64,000 bases of DNA from Octopus vulgaris (taxonomy: Eukaryota). A program made the position numbers and the translations under genes. A model generated the notes under the pieces. The model was not told the DNA's origin and did not search any database. It saw nothing but the letters and a program-made list of their open reading frames with translations. Location of the stretch: positions 20,150,001-20,214,000 of the forward strand of contig OX597826.1 of the NCBI GenBank assembly GCA_951406725.2, in the 5' to 3' direction. Below are positions 1 through 13,050 of this stretch, piece after piece; positions within the stretch are counted from its first letter, which is position 1; every line of letters begins with the position of its first letter.

Positions 1-561
1 GGATCCCTCGCTGGCCTTGTGCGCTTTGCGTGAGAGAGCGGCAGGCAGACAGCCAGACAGCTTCAGTGTTACTTAGTGAAGTTAAATAACAAACCGTAAC
101 CAACAGACTCCTTTGCAAACACAAAGAAATGCAAAATAAATACAAACATTATGTAAACAGAAACATGGTGACGTATTACTAAAGCGGCGGCGGTGGTGGT
201 GGGAGGGTTGACTGAATACTATTTAGTTCCTCTCTCTTTCCGATCTGACTTTTTTTTTGTTCGATCGTTTGTCTCTCATTTCACCAGGATCAATCAGAAA
301 GATAGCCATAGAGAATTATATTCAATTCTACCGGCTATACACTCTCACGTCGTATTTGTGGATTTGTTCCAATCCAGAAAATTCTGACAATTGACGAGAA
401 ACAACTTCACAACAACTTCTTTTCAGTCTTGAATATCGTTTTATTTATTTAATTCATTTATCATCCTTAAAAAATTATAATCGAATTTCTAACAAAGATA
501 TTTCTATGGTACAAGGATCTTTACAGTCCTTCAAGGATTTGTCAGGTTTAGAAGAAAATAG
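1..561 (+). promoter_or_regulatory. Putative promoter and non-coding first exon of the DUSP23-like gene
   Basis: CpG is locally retained here against a CpG-poor background. There is a GGCGGCGGTGG 5'UTR-like tract and a candidate donor ATAG|GTAAAC at 561/562 (alternative CAG|GTTTAG at 545/546). The TSS cannot be determined. Confidence 0.45.
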
Positions 562-2519
562 GTAAACGAAGCTGTGGAATTGAAACTGTATCAGTTGTAA
601 AAATAAGGTTTCTGCATTAACCACCAGCACCATCATCATCATCATCATCTTTTAACGTTCATCTTCCATGCTGGCATATGTTGTAAATATATGAGTGATA
701 GTATTAAGATCTAATCACTCAGTATTATTTTATGGCTAAATAAATGTGACTGATTCAATCCATAGTGACCACCACCTCTTCCTGTTCCTGGTGACATTTT
801 GATCTCAAATATTGCTAGTAATTCTTTTGCCTTGTTGCCAGTCATGGTTGTTTGCTTTATATCTGGGTGATTTCAGGTTCAATACTAATAATGTATGGCA
901 TTAGGGCTGCGAACTGAGGCTGCACCTTTGACCATACAAAATTTGTTAGATGGAAACTGAGTCAAAGTCTGTTGGAGGGGAGGGGCTTGTTCCCACATCT
1001 CTTCTCACAGAGAGTGAGAGAGAGAGAGAATTGACATTAGTATGTGACAGGTACTTTATTTTACCAAGCTGAGGATGAAGGCCAGTTCACCTTGGCAGGA
1101 TTTAAATTCAGAACACAATAAGTTTGAATAAATACCATCAGGCATTTGTGTGGTACTCAAACAATTCTATCAATTTCTCTGATCCTGATATAAATCTGGA
1201 AATCCTCTTTAATCACCATTGATATTCTAATATCTAGATTTTCATGCCTGTGTGGGTTGGATGGGTCTGCCACAAAACATAATGGGTTCTGATATTGGCA
1301 CAATCATTCATATTTTGGGGTATGGATATACTTGAGATTAATTTGACCCCAATATTTGGTTCTCAAATGAGGTCCTTATGAGATTTTGTTGTTAAACTTT
1401 TTGTTCAAAATGTTGGCTATACTTTTACATTGCACAAAATATTTAACCACTTTTTTTAATACAATTCTTAATAACATTTAATTATAAAAAATATAATGAA
1501 ATTTTTAAAAACACCAAATGGTTATGAGGGTCCAGTAGAGTAATATAGGAATCAAAGGGATCCATAGGCAAAAAAAGGGTTGGGAACCTCTGGTTTAACT
1601 TATTGATTCCAGAAGAATGAAACATAAAGTAGACCATGGCAAGATTTGAACTCAGAATGGCTGTAACTAAATCTCTTAGCATTTCCACCAACTTGCCACA
1701 GACTGCAAATCATTTTGGTGTATCCTGTTCTCATGTGTAAGACCCAATATCCTGAGATCTAATCCCACATCTTTTAATACAGCTACCTCTTAAGTGAGCT
1801 TATATGTGGTCACTCAATGTCAAAGAAATAACAGCTAAATTTCCCTCCCCAAGTTGTATCGTACTGCCCAGAGTAAAGGAGACACTGGATAATTGAAACC
1901 TAGAAATATAATGTCTGAACAAAAATATGGTTAGGAGATCACATCTGGAACGTCTTTGATCGGAACAAACATGAGACAACATATCTACCTCTACTGCCAC
2001 CACCACCACCACTCTAGATTTTTATTCAACACTTATTGTCTGTTCGTCTCTCGTATTCATCCAACACACTTCCTTTTGTTTTCATCAACTGATGTATTTT
2101 AATGCCTGGACAGTCTCTCTGTCCGATCGCTTGAGACTCAAAAACTACTTTACCAGATGTGTTGTGTCCTCCCCGTCTGTCATGTCTACCACTATTACAA
2201 GAACCTTTGCTCCTCGGAACTAGTTGATCTTGTGCCATGTCTGCTCAGGTGTTTCCCACTCTTCCGCCTCTAAAACAAGATCTGTTGACTTGGTAGGGTT
2301 CCACATAGTTTCCATTTACTGCTTTTCAGTGATGAGGCTTCAAGTAGAAGAGACTTGCCTAAAGAGCTCCAAACCGTGTAATTTTAAATTCCTCTTCTAA
2401 ACTCTACAACTCATTCTTCATCCACATCAAATTCCTGCAAATGACATGGGCAGAAAATTAGAGTTTTTCAAGATGGTGAATTGACAGTCATTTATATCGG
2501 ATATGTGAAGGGGTTAGGG

Positions 2520-2805
2520 GGTGAGGGTATGTGCTTCGTGACCATAAAGTTTGATTCCTGGTGTTGCATTGTGCCCTTGAGCAACACACTTCATTTCTCG
2601 TTGCTTCATTCCACTCAGCTGGCAAAAATGAGTTGTGCCGCTAATTCAAACGGCTGGCCTTGTCATATTGAATCTCCCTGAGAACTACATTAAGGGTATA
2701 TGTGTCGATGGAACTCCGTGCCATTTGTCCATTAATTTCATGAGCAGGTCGTCGTTCCATTGATCTGATCAACTGGAACCTTCATTGTCATAACCGACAG
2801 AATGT
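2520..2805 (+). mobile_element. tRNA-derived SINE family B, degraded copy
   Basis: Shares the body (TGTGCCCTTGAGCAACACACTT...CCACTCAGCTGGCAAAAATGAG...GATCAACTGGAACC) with 3595-3905 and 42757-43068. Confidence 0.7.
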
Positions 2806-3114
2806 TGGATCTTGGTGTCAGAATGCCTTGTACTATTTGTTTTGGTACACAACACTCTGAGTTCATATCCTGCTGAGGTCAGCTTTGTCTTTTGTCCTTT
2901 CGGGGGTTGATAAAAAGATATCCCTCCAGTGCAGAAAACTGACAGAACTGTAAAAATGTTGGGCCAGATAGTTTGTGGGTGCCTGTTCCATCTCTCTGAG
3001 TTTTGAGTTCAAATTCTACTGTGGCCTAATTGGCTGCTTCATTTCCCCCCCCCCCCCCCAACACTTTGGGTACTCTTTGGCATGCATTCAGGTCTCTGAT
3101 CGAAGGAGTTCTTC

Positions 3115-3145
<31 letters not shown>

Positions 3146-3538
3146 GTCACACAAACCCTGTGAAGTGTTAGGGGCACTGCTTTCCTTCTTCACTAAAATA
3201 TAAAATATATATACATAAAAAAAAAATAAGTAAATACTTAGAATAATTTAGAACTTCTGTTTTAAGTTCAAGTCCTGCCAAGGCCCACCTTACCTTTCAT
3301 CTCTATAGGGGTCAATAAAATTTATCCCCCTTCAAGGAGTGGAGTCAATTCAATTAACTTCATCATTGTATTTAATCAGAGTCTGGTCTTGAAAATTTAT
3401 TTTCTAATTAATAAACAATTATTTTGGAGTTTATTTATTTTCTTTTTCTGTCATTAAAAGTATTTTCCTGTTCAGAGTTTTCAAAGATTCTTTTGCATAT
3501 TTCATATCTGACATAAACAAACATTTGACATGACATAC

Positions 3539-3583
<45 letters not shown>

Positions 3584-3594
3584 TATACACAAGT

Positions 3595-3905
3595 GGAGGC
3601 ACAACATGACTTAGTGGTTAGGATATTCGGCTCATGACTGTAAGGTCATGAGTGCAATTCCCGGTGACGCGTTGTGTCCTTGAGCAAGACACTTTATTCC
3701 ACGCTGTTCCAGCCCCACTCAGCTGGCAAAAATGAGTTGTACCTGTAATTCAAAAGGGGCCAGCCTTGTCATATTCTGTGTCATACCTTGCTGAATCTCC
3801 TTGGGAATTACATTAAGAGTACACAGGTCTGTGGAGTGCTCAGCCACTTGCAAGTTAATTTCATGAGCAGGCTGTTCCATTGATTGGATCAAGTGGAACC
3901 CTCAT
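3595..3905 (+). mobile_element. tRNA-derived SINE family B
   Basis: A-box-like TGACTTAGTGG and B-box-like GAGTGCAATTCC, followed by a body repeated elsewhere in the window. Confidence 0.75.
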
Positions 3906-4040
3906 ACAAAGTGGTTTAGACATTAAAAATACTTCCATTGATATAACTGTTTCCCTGGCACCTCAAACATTTTACTGGATTCATAATATTAATTGTCATT
4001 TTGACTGTCATCATCATGTATCTGGATCTTATATACATAT

Positions 4041-4443
4041 ACTCTTTTACTCTTTTCAGTCAGTTGACTGCGGCCATGCTAGAGCACCGCCTTTTGTCGA
4101 GCAACTCGACCCCGGGACTTATTCTTTGTAAGCCCAGTACTTATTCTATCGGTCTCTTTTGCCAAACCGCTAAGTTACGGAGACGTAAACACACCAGCAT
4201 CGGTTGTCAAGCAATGCTAGGGGGACAAACACAGACACATAAACATACACACACATATATATATATATATACATATATACGACGGGCTTCTTTCAGTTTC
4301 CGTCTACCAAATCCCCTCACAAGGCTTTGGTCGGCCCGAGGCTATAGTAGAAGACACTTGCCCAAGATGCCACGCAGTGGGACTGAACCCGGAACCATGT
4401 GGTTGGTAGGCAAGCTACTTACCACACAGCCACTCCTGCGCCT
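4041..4443 (-). mobile_element. tRNA-derived SINE family A (octopus OK/OR-like), young copy
   Basis: On the minus strand: GTGGCTGTGTGGTAAG A-box, GGTTCAGTCCC B-box, internal (TA/CA)n and a GTAAAAGA-repeat tail. Near-identical to 5315-5732. The family name is from recall only. Confidence 0.85.
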
Positions 4444-4887
4444 ATATATATATGATTTTCTCATTTCTGTTTTATAAATATTATTTTAAGCCGTTTAGAG
4501 ATCTCTGGTCTTATCGTACTGCTTTTGATTGATCCAGTGTGGTTAGAGTGCAGTTTTATCCCAAAAAAACTAGTTTCATGTTTATTTATTCATATCCAGA
4601 AATATCTTTTCTGAACTGACTCGTTACATATGGTCGATATTAAATATACGTCAAACTCTTGCTTCATATTAGCCCAGACTTCAAGTTCCTAATGAAAATA
4701 TGTGAATAAAAGTGAATTTTAGTGAATTCAGAATTATCCAGAAATGCTTTATGCAACTAATCAGTTAGTTTGAAATCTGATTATCAATAGAGGAGATGGC
4801 TTTTTTTTTTTTTTGTTTAATTTTCACTAATCTAATTATGTGATCAATCTCTATAAAGTTTTAAACGTTTGCTTGTTTGAGCAAAGC

Positions 4888-4899
4888 TGTTACGTAACA
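4888..4899. promoter_or_regulatory. Perfect palindrome TGTTACGTAACA (PAR-bZIP/NFIL3-type site)
   Basis: Matches RTTACGTAAY. It lies in a non-repeat patch with retained CpG and forkhead-like TGTTT motifs. Confidence 0.3.
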
Positions 4900-5314
4900 T
4901 AAAAATCATAAAAACGCTGTTGTTGTTTAAAAAAACAAACAAGCAATAAAAAGGAGGAGGAAGAAAACATTGGTTTATCAACGTCCATTGTAATTTCAGT
5001 GAAAAAATATTTCACAGAAATGTTTCCCAAAAATCAATTTTGTCAATAATAACCTATATTAATAGCTCCATGTGTTGTGACTGCTAAATAGAAGAGGGAA
5101 AATTCTTGGCATGCTTCACACATGTGATATCTATATTTCCTCCATTATTTATATCTTCTACTCTTATAATGATGGTGGAACATTATCTTTTTTTTAATAT
5201 ATCCACACTGTTGTCTTAAAATGCTGGCCATTTTCTCACTGATTCAATGTTGCAGTTTCGGGAGTTCTTTGTCTCTTTTTTTTTCAATTTTCTAGGAATT
5301 TGGTTAAGGCCAAT

Positions 5315-5732
5315 ACTCTCTTTACTCTTTTACTTGTTTCAGTCATTTGACTGTGGCCTTGCTGGAGCACCACCTTTAGTCAAGCAAATTGACCCCAGAA
5401 CTTATTCTTTGTGAGCCTAGTACTTATTCTATCGGTCTCTTTTGCCAAACCGCTAAGTTACGGAGACGTAAACACACCAGCATCGAGTGTCAAGCGATGT
5501 TGGGGGGACAAATACAGACACATAAATATATATACACACACATATATATATACATATACACGACGGGCTTCTTTCAGTTTCCGTCTACCAAATCCACTCA
5601 CAAGGGCTATAGTAGAAGACTCGGCCCAGGGCTATAGTAGAAGACACTTGCCCAAGGTGCCACGCAGTGGGACTGAACCCGGAACCATGTGGTTCGTAAG
5701 CAAGCTACTTACCACACAGCCACGCCTATGCC
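5315..5732 (-). mobile_element. tRNA-derived SINE family A, second young copy
   Basis: Near-identical to 4041-4443, with an internal duplication of GGGCTATAGTAGAAGAC. Confidence 0.85.
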
Positions 5733-6639
5733 ATGGGTAATAATTTCTAAGAATTACTATCTTGATGTCTTAATGTTGTATTTTATGTTTCTCACTCTTT
5801 TTCCCAAAACACAAAGAATTTTTCCAGGTCTTTTTCCAACAATATTTCTTATATTGACTTTGTTTCCTCCTAATAAATTTCACTGACAAAGCTATTGTAG
5901 AAGGGGCATGTCCAAGGAACCCTAAACCAAATAAATGTAAATTGTTTCTTAATCCTTTTGATCCCACTTGCCTGAGATAATCCTTGATTCTGTGATGCAA
6001 ATCTTCTATTAAAATTTCATGGGAATTTATGTTTCAAATGCTAGCTTAATAACAACAAAGTTATTTTATGAATTCCTTTATTATTTTCCAAATTATTTTA
6101 AACAAAGTCCGTGTATATCCTTGGAAATATGGTAATGAAAGGGTTAAGACTTCTGGTATTCCCTCTAATCCACCTCTTGGACTACTTCTCTTCCATCCGC
6201 TGCTAATAGTGACATCAGTTATTATTGGAATTGATCCCACCAGTCTTGGAGAGATTTTGAAGACCATAGGCACAGCTCTTTCTCCAGGTCAAATCGAAAA
6301 GCAGAAAGGAAAAAAAAATGTAATTAAATGTGGAGATTGGAGCAAAGGCAGAAAATATAAAACAATTCTGTTGTGAAATTAAAGAATGGGGAAAATATTA
6401 TTGATGCTGAGTTCCAATATAAATAGCACAATCTCCTAAATGTGAAGGACAGTATTGGGGTACAGTGACCCTATTACTTCATTCATACTTTATTTTATTG
6501 GCCCTGTAAGAATGGAAAGTAAAGTCGATGAAAACAGCATTTGAACACAGATTAAATAAAGGTAACCTGGCTAAATGCTGCAAGGGCATCGTGTTCAGCT
6601 CTGAGCTATTTCTGTTGGTATTCCAGGGGTGGATTAAAC

Positions 6640-6855
6640 TGGTAATCTGGCAGAGTCATTGGCACGCTGGCTAAAATGCTGCTAAGCATTTTGTCTGTCC
6701 TTACATTCTGAGTTCAAATTCCGCTGAGGTCAACTTTGCCTTTTATCCTTTCGGGGGTTGATAAAACAAATAACAGTTGAACACTGGGGGTCCATGTAAT
6801 TGACTTGGCCCCTTCTCTGAAAGTGCTGGTCTTGTACTAAAACGTGAAATCAATA
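6640..6855 (+). mobile_element. SINE family C
   Basis: Core TTCTGAGTTCAAATTCCGCTGAGGTCAACTTTGCCTTTTATCCTTTCGGGG, recurring at ~2857, 3255, 6930, 7990(-), 11960(-), 20815, 21010 and 54120. Confidence 0.75.
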
Positions 6856-7627
6856 TAGTCGTGGTAGATTAGCAAAATCGGTTGAGCACCAGACAAAATG
6901 CATTTGGATGATTTAATGATGCTTATATTTTGAGCTGAAATCCCACAGAAAGTAACTTTGCCTTTTGTCTTTCTGGGGTCAGCCAAGTACTAGGGTTGAC
7001 TTGATCGGCTATACCCCCCCCCCCCAACAGAGAAATTGGTGGCCAATGTGTGTATGAGAAGTCAATATTGAATACAAGACCAATATGTTATAGAAATTCA
7101 TCAACAAAGCAGAAAATGACTCACATTGGTTCCTCTGTGATTAATATGAGTTCCTGGAATAAAGATGTTGGTTGATGATTGATGTTGGCACAAATATTAA
7201 ACCATAATTCTTAGTTAATCTTCATTTCATGTAAAGATATTCTTACCAAAATAGTTCTGCATTCTTTGTTATTGGATGAAGCCCCCAAATGACTATGGCA
7301 CAGGCAACAGTTTGTAAACAGAAACATTCCCTCTGGCAGGCTTCCACACAGTTTCCACTTATCAAATTCCACTTATAGGTTTTAGTCACCTTGATGCTCT
7401 AGTAGACAACATTTGCCTAAGGTGCTGTGTTTTGGAATTGAAACCGAAACCACAGTTTTGCCAATCAGTTTTCTTAGCTTCACATCCATGTCTGCATCCA
7501 TTTAAAAGTTCATGGTGCTTATGTCTTGATTTTGTCTTGGATATTTCTTTAACAAAAAATGGTATTGTTTGTTTGGTTCTATTCATGTAAAATAATGGTT
7601 TCTGATTTTTGGCAAAATTGCAGCAGT

Positions 7628-7792
7628 TTTTAGGGGGTGGGATTAACCAATACCATTGACTTTTAGGGGGTGGGTTTAACCAACACCATTGGCTTTTAGG
7701 GGGTGGGATTAACCAATACCATTGGTTTTTAGGGGAGGGGATTAACCAGTACCATTGGTTTTTAGGGGAAGGGATTAACCAATACCACTGAC
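7628..7792 (+). repeat. 33-bp minisatellite, 5 copies
   Basis: Unit TTTTAGGGGGTGGGATTAACCAATACCATTGRY starting at 7628, 7661, 7694, 7727 and 7760. It continues into SINE family C sequence. Confidence 0.9.
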
Positions 7793-7899
7793 TCCAGTAC
7801 TTGACTCGTACTTAATTTTAATGACTCTGAAAGGATGTGAAGTAACGTCGGCTCATGCTGGAATTGAACTTTGAACGTAAATGGCTAGAAGGAATATTC

Positions 7900-8115
7900 T
7901 TTTCTCCTCTGTGCACAAGGTCCAAAATTTTTAAGGAGGTGGGGGCCAGTCGATTAGATTGACCCCAGTGCACATCTGGTACTTAATTTATTGGCCCCGA
8001 AAGGATGCAAGGCAAAATCGACCTCGGCAGAATTTGAACTCAGAATGTAAAGACAGACAAAATACCGCTAAGCATTTTGCCCAGCGTGCTAATGATTCTG
8101 CCAGCTTGCCGCCTT
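7900..8115 (-). mobile_element. SINE family C, well-preserved copy
   Basis: Reverse complement of the family C core. The head GGCGGCAAGCTGGCAGAATC lies at the right end. Confidence 0.8.
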
Positions 8116-9723
8116 AGTTGGAAGGAATATTGCAATTTCTGCCACCATCATCTCTCCTCCTCCTTGTATTCATGTAAAAGAATCCAAAGTATTTTTGATC
8201 AGAATTCTATTCAAGACATTGACCTTCTCTAATTATGAAACTGCAGAATCTTTGAAATGATCTGAAACCTGTATACTTGGAACTGTGTTTCTCAAGGTGA
8301 GATTGTACCCTACCCCCACCTCCACACCTACCCCACATCTGTCAGGTGGAAAGAAGTTTTGGGATTTCTTCAGATGCTGTTTGTGACATTGCAGAGTTGT
8401 TACAAAAGTCACCGAACAATTTCAAATGGGAAATATTTATAAATTTGATTTGAAATATTATTGAATTTATCTGAAAAGATTGTTTAGGGACATAATGCAG
8501 CTGTTTTATCATTGTTGTAATTTCAGAATTGTTCATTAATTAGAAATTAATTTATTTCAGCAACATTTTATAGAAACCTGTTAAAACTGTTGTTTATTCA
8601 GTTAAACCTCATTCAATTGAGGATTTGCGGGTATTTAGGTGCTATTTGCGGGTATTTAGGTTAATTAATGTGACACAAGGTTTAACTGGGAATTAACAGT
8701 AAGACATTTCTAAAACTTGAGAATCACATCCCAGTTTGAATACCTCACAATGGCAGCCATCTTCATCATCATCATAGATATGCTTTCCATGCTGGCATGG
8801 GCTGGAAGGCTTGACAGGAGCTACTGAGCCAAAGGACTGCATCAAACTCATCTTCTTTGCCATGGTTTTTACAACTTGATGACCTTCCTAAAGCCAACCA
8901 CTTTACTGAGTGTGCTGGATGCTTTTTGACATGTTATAGATTAAAAATATCAAGAGTTACTCTATTTGAAAAGGGATTAAGTTCCTTCACTTATTCTTTA
9001 CAAACATTAATTGTACCATTTATGGAAGTTATAGAGATTTAAAATGATTCTGTATTGATAAAGGGGTGTGTGTGTGTGTGCTTGAGGAGGGCACTGTTAC
9101 AGTTTCTTGCAGTGTGTCCTACTCTTCTGGATAATACTTAGGGTAGGCGCCACAGAGTGTAAGACAAAGAAAGTAGTAGAAAAGGAAAGGTTGTGAATTG
9201 TTGATTTTAGGGCAAAGATTAGCATTGCTTGTAATGGACTACTTTTTATTTACTTTCTACATTTACCCAAAACCCACCTCTGTATTATATCATATCTTAT
9301 ATAGAAATATACTCTCTACATATCCTGTCAAAACCCCTATTTCTATCAATGGAAGTGTTAATCTAAGGAAAAGTTAAGCAATTGGTGTGACTACCTTAAA
9401 GTCATCAATGGCTCAGCAGCCCCCACAAATGCTTTTGTCAAGGACAACTGTGTCTTCCAGTTTAAAGAATGTTATGCCTATGGGTTACCAAAGAGGGTTT
9501 AAAAGGTTAACAACAAGAAGGGCATCCAGTTAGAGAGGATTTTTTGAAATAAAGGCAACAATCTCAAATTATTCTGTCAAATGTAATGCTTATTTACTCA
9601 CATTGTTTTAAATTAATCATAGATTATCTTGTAGCTTTCAGATTTTCATGATGTGATTGTTCATTTTCGAAGACATTGTAGGCTAGGTGTGAGAGGCTGT
9701 ATCTGGCTAGTTTGAACATAAAA

Positions 9724-10982
9724 TCATCCCATAAAAAATGTGTTTTTTTTTTGTACTTCTTTTATATTTTCAAAATTAAGATAAACAAAGTTCTTTTTTA
9801 ATATAAAATATACTCTCCTTCATTTTCTACAATGCTCTTCCATCTATCCAAAATTGTCACTTGTCCATGACAAAAAATACTCCTCTAGTACGGTTCTGAC
9901 CTCATCAACAGAATTCATATTTTTTCCGTCCAAATGATTTTGAAGACTGTAGAATAAATGGTAATTGGATGGGGCATCGTTTCCCATTCAAAACTGCTCC
10001 AGCTTTTGGAATGTTATTCTTGCTCTATGTGGCCAAGCATTATCCTGATGGAAGAACACCTTTCGCCTTGAAACCAAAGATGGTCATTTTCCTTCTAGCA
10101 CTGACTTAAGCTGCTCAAGCTGCTCACAGTAGATCCCCTTTGTTATCGTTTGGTTTGGATTTAAAAGTTCAAAGTGAACTAAACCTTTCATATCTCACCA
10201 AACAGATAACAACACCTTACATGGGTGAAGACCTTTTTTAGACTGGGGTGCCGGTGTTTCTCCTTTCCCTACCCACTGTCTTCAGCACCTGACATTTTTA
10301 TAGAGAACCAATTTCTTGTCATCAGTTACTATTCAGTCCCAAAAATGTTCATTCATGAGATGTGACAGCAAAGAAGGGCACACATTCACTCTCTATGTGT
10401 GATTAATCATGAAAAGTTTTTGAGGAACCCATTGACCCAATTTGCTGACTTTTCTGATGGCATGCAGGTGTTGATGAATGGTTGAATGACCAAATCCAAG
10501 CTCTTCCACTCATTCCTCAACAGTTACAATAGGATTTTGTTCCACCAGGGTTTGCAGGATATCCACGTCGAGCTCTACAGATCTTCCAAGATAAGGTTCA
10601 TCTTCAAAACTGTAGTTTCTGGCTCAGAATTTCTGGAACCACCTTTGACACTAACTTACACTTATTTTCTGATCCCCATATACTGCATTAATATTTCTCA
10701 TACTTTCCGTTGCATTGTTGCCTTTATTGAACTCATGAAGCAAAATATGCTGAATATGCCCCTTTGTCACTTCCATTTATGCCAAATATGTTCCTTTGTC
10801 ACTTCCATTATAGCTTGGCAAAAATAACTGTTGAAATCAAACTGCACTCTTCAATACTTGCACTAAGAATAAGAACAAGGTAAAATTTTATAGCAAGTTG
10901 ATGCTGGTAGTTTATTTCATCCCCCTCCAACTTTTAGTTCATATAATTGAAAAAACCCGCATTATTTACAGGATGACTCAAT
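9724..10982 (-). mobile_element. Mariner (Tc1/mariner DD34D-type) relic, copy 1, nested in a TTAA-type MITE
   Basis: Reverse-complement match to 41479-42746 over ~1.25 kb, with TIR remnants at both ends. The flanks (9560-9722 and 10983-11032) are the two halves of the MITE also seen at 19087 and 43296. Confidence 0.9.
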
Positions 10983-11864
10983 ATGTAGAATAATTTAGCC
11001 GTATATGACTGGTTTGAATGCTAAAGGTTTAAACACAGTCATGGACACCACAAGGTTGTTGACCCCTGCTTCAGAAGGGAAAATAAAATGTTCTTTAAAC
11101 ATTTGTTGTTATCAAGGACAACAATAAAATATTGTCCATCATAACTGTTAGTATCTAATAGTGATTTACAATAAAGATAACTGATTGATAAAACTGTTTT
11201 GAGAGCAGAAATTAGACAGCACCACTAATGAGACCTTTAATTTCTTAAACAATAACATAACATTAGACCAAATATTGTTGTGGAAACTACTTTCCCATAA
11301 AAGTAATTCCTGCAAATTATTATTTCCTCTTCTTTTGATGATATTTCTATATGTTCTTCGTGTTTTCTCATCATTCAAACATTGTTTTTCCATTTGTTCT
11401 TTTACAGATATTTATATGTCAGCATTTATTTTGGTTGTCAGGAAATTATTTATTGATAATTATCTTCATTAACCAAAGTGGTTAATGGAATTGTTACTTT
11501 GCTTTCATTGTCCTTGACAACTACAAATATTTAAAGATCATTTTCCCTGCTGAAGCGGAGATAAACAACTTTCTTGTTGCCATGACAGTCTTTAATTATT
11601 ACACCACGGTTACTTTTATTTAGATGGTATTTTATGGCTGGATGCCCTTCCTGTCCCCTTTTGTACCCCCACAGGGATAACATATCTTGCCTGGGACAAC
11701 TGGAACACACACTCGTCCCCCTTTTGATACACACACTTGAAAGCAGCACTGCTATCTCTCCCCCGTTTTCCTCTTCGAATGATGTTTGAAGAATTTGATA
11801 AGGGCTTGGTCAAATAGGAAGGTGCCCGTCTTCAAACCTTTCAGACAGGCCTAATAATAATAAT

Positions 11865-12082
11865 ACTCCTTTCTACTAAAGGCACAAGGCCTGAAATGTG
11901 TGGGGAGGGGACTAGTCAATTACATCGACCCCAGTGTTTCACTGGTGCTCAATTTATCAACTCCAAATCGATGAAAGTCAAAGTTGACCTCGGCAGAATT
12001 TGAACTCAGGACATAGCAATAGACGAAATAGCGCTAAGCACTTTGCCCGGCATGCTAATGTTTCTGCCAGCTCACCGCCTTT
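11865..12082 (-). mobile_element. SINE family C copy
   Basis: Reverse complement of the family C core, with a (TAA)n flank. Confidence 0.8.
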
Positions 12083-12290
12083 CTAGTAATGATTATGATA
12101 ATAATAAAATGTTGTTCAAGTCTTTATTTAATTCAGTTACACTTTAACTGGTTCTAGCTAGTAAGTGTGGCCATACTGGAGCACAACAATCACAGTTATC
12201 TCATTAATTACAACAACCTTGTTGTTTTACCTTACTCTGTACATGTTCTTATACGTTTAGATTTATAATATATTTCTTTCTTTCTTTCAG

Positions 12291-12439
12291 TTTGAATGAG
12301 TTATGATGGAAACCAGCGCCGCTGCCGTATTCAAGGGGCCTGGTCCACCGGCCCCGCCCAGGAGCAGACTGAAACACAGAGATTATGGGCAGGGCCAGCA
12401 GCTTCTCGGCCCTACTACGTTATTCAGAATGTTTCACAT
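12291..12439 (+). CDS. DUSP23: Candidate first coding exon of the DUSP23-like gene, open in two frames (ATG 12296; ATG 12303/12306/12429)
   Basis: Strong acceptor TTTCTTTCTTTCTTTCAG|, donor CAT|GTATGT, and a GC-rich island in an AT-rich intron. Frame A (MSYDG...VSH) ends in phase 0. Frame B (MMETSAAAV...RMFH) ends in phase 2. Confidence 0.7.
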
Positions 12440-12880
12440 GTATGTATAGTTTTTATATTGTTACACACTGAGCAGAGGTTCAAATCACTTGAAAATTTTA
12501 GCTTTTTTGTTTTTATGTTGTTTCTGATAAATAAATATAAAATCATGCTTAATGAATCAATTGTAATATGTAATTAACATATTTATGTAATTGATTATTA
12601 TATTTATCTAATTATCATCTGTAATATATAATTATTAACTACAATATGTAATATTAATAATTATTTGATTTTAAATCATGTAATAAAAAAACAAGTCAAA
12701 AAATTCATCAACTATTAACATTATTTTTAATTGATTTGTAAATTATGTGACATTAAAATAATTTTTATAGTTTTTAACTGATTTCTTACTGGAAATATAT
12801 TTTAACTCCTACAGATTTGTAATTTCTATTATTTGTTAAATTTTCCAATATTTCTAATGCATTTGTGCTTGTGTGTGTGT

Positions 12881-12927
<47 letters not shown>

Positions 12928-13018
12928 TTTGAGAGTGAGAAACTGTATGTGTACACATACATACATGCACATATATATAAGTGTGTGTGTATGTATATAT
13001 ATATACACATATATATAT

Positions 13019-13050
<32 letters not shown>

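Noticed and set aside
4001-5886. Paralogous-looking ORFs of 158, 82 and 109 aa
   Set aside because: Antisense read-through of two copies of SINE family A.
7628-7792. 33-bp repeats resembling a CRISPR array
   Set aside because: No spacers, no cas genes, eukaryotic context; it is a SINE-derived tandem repeat.
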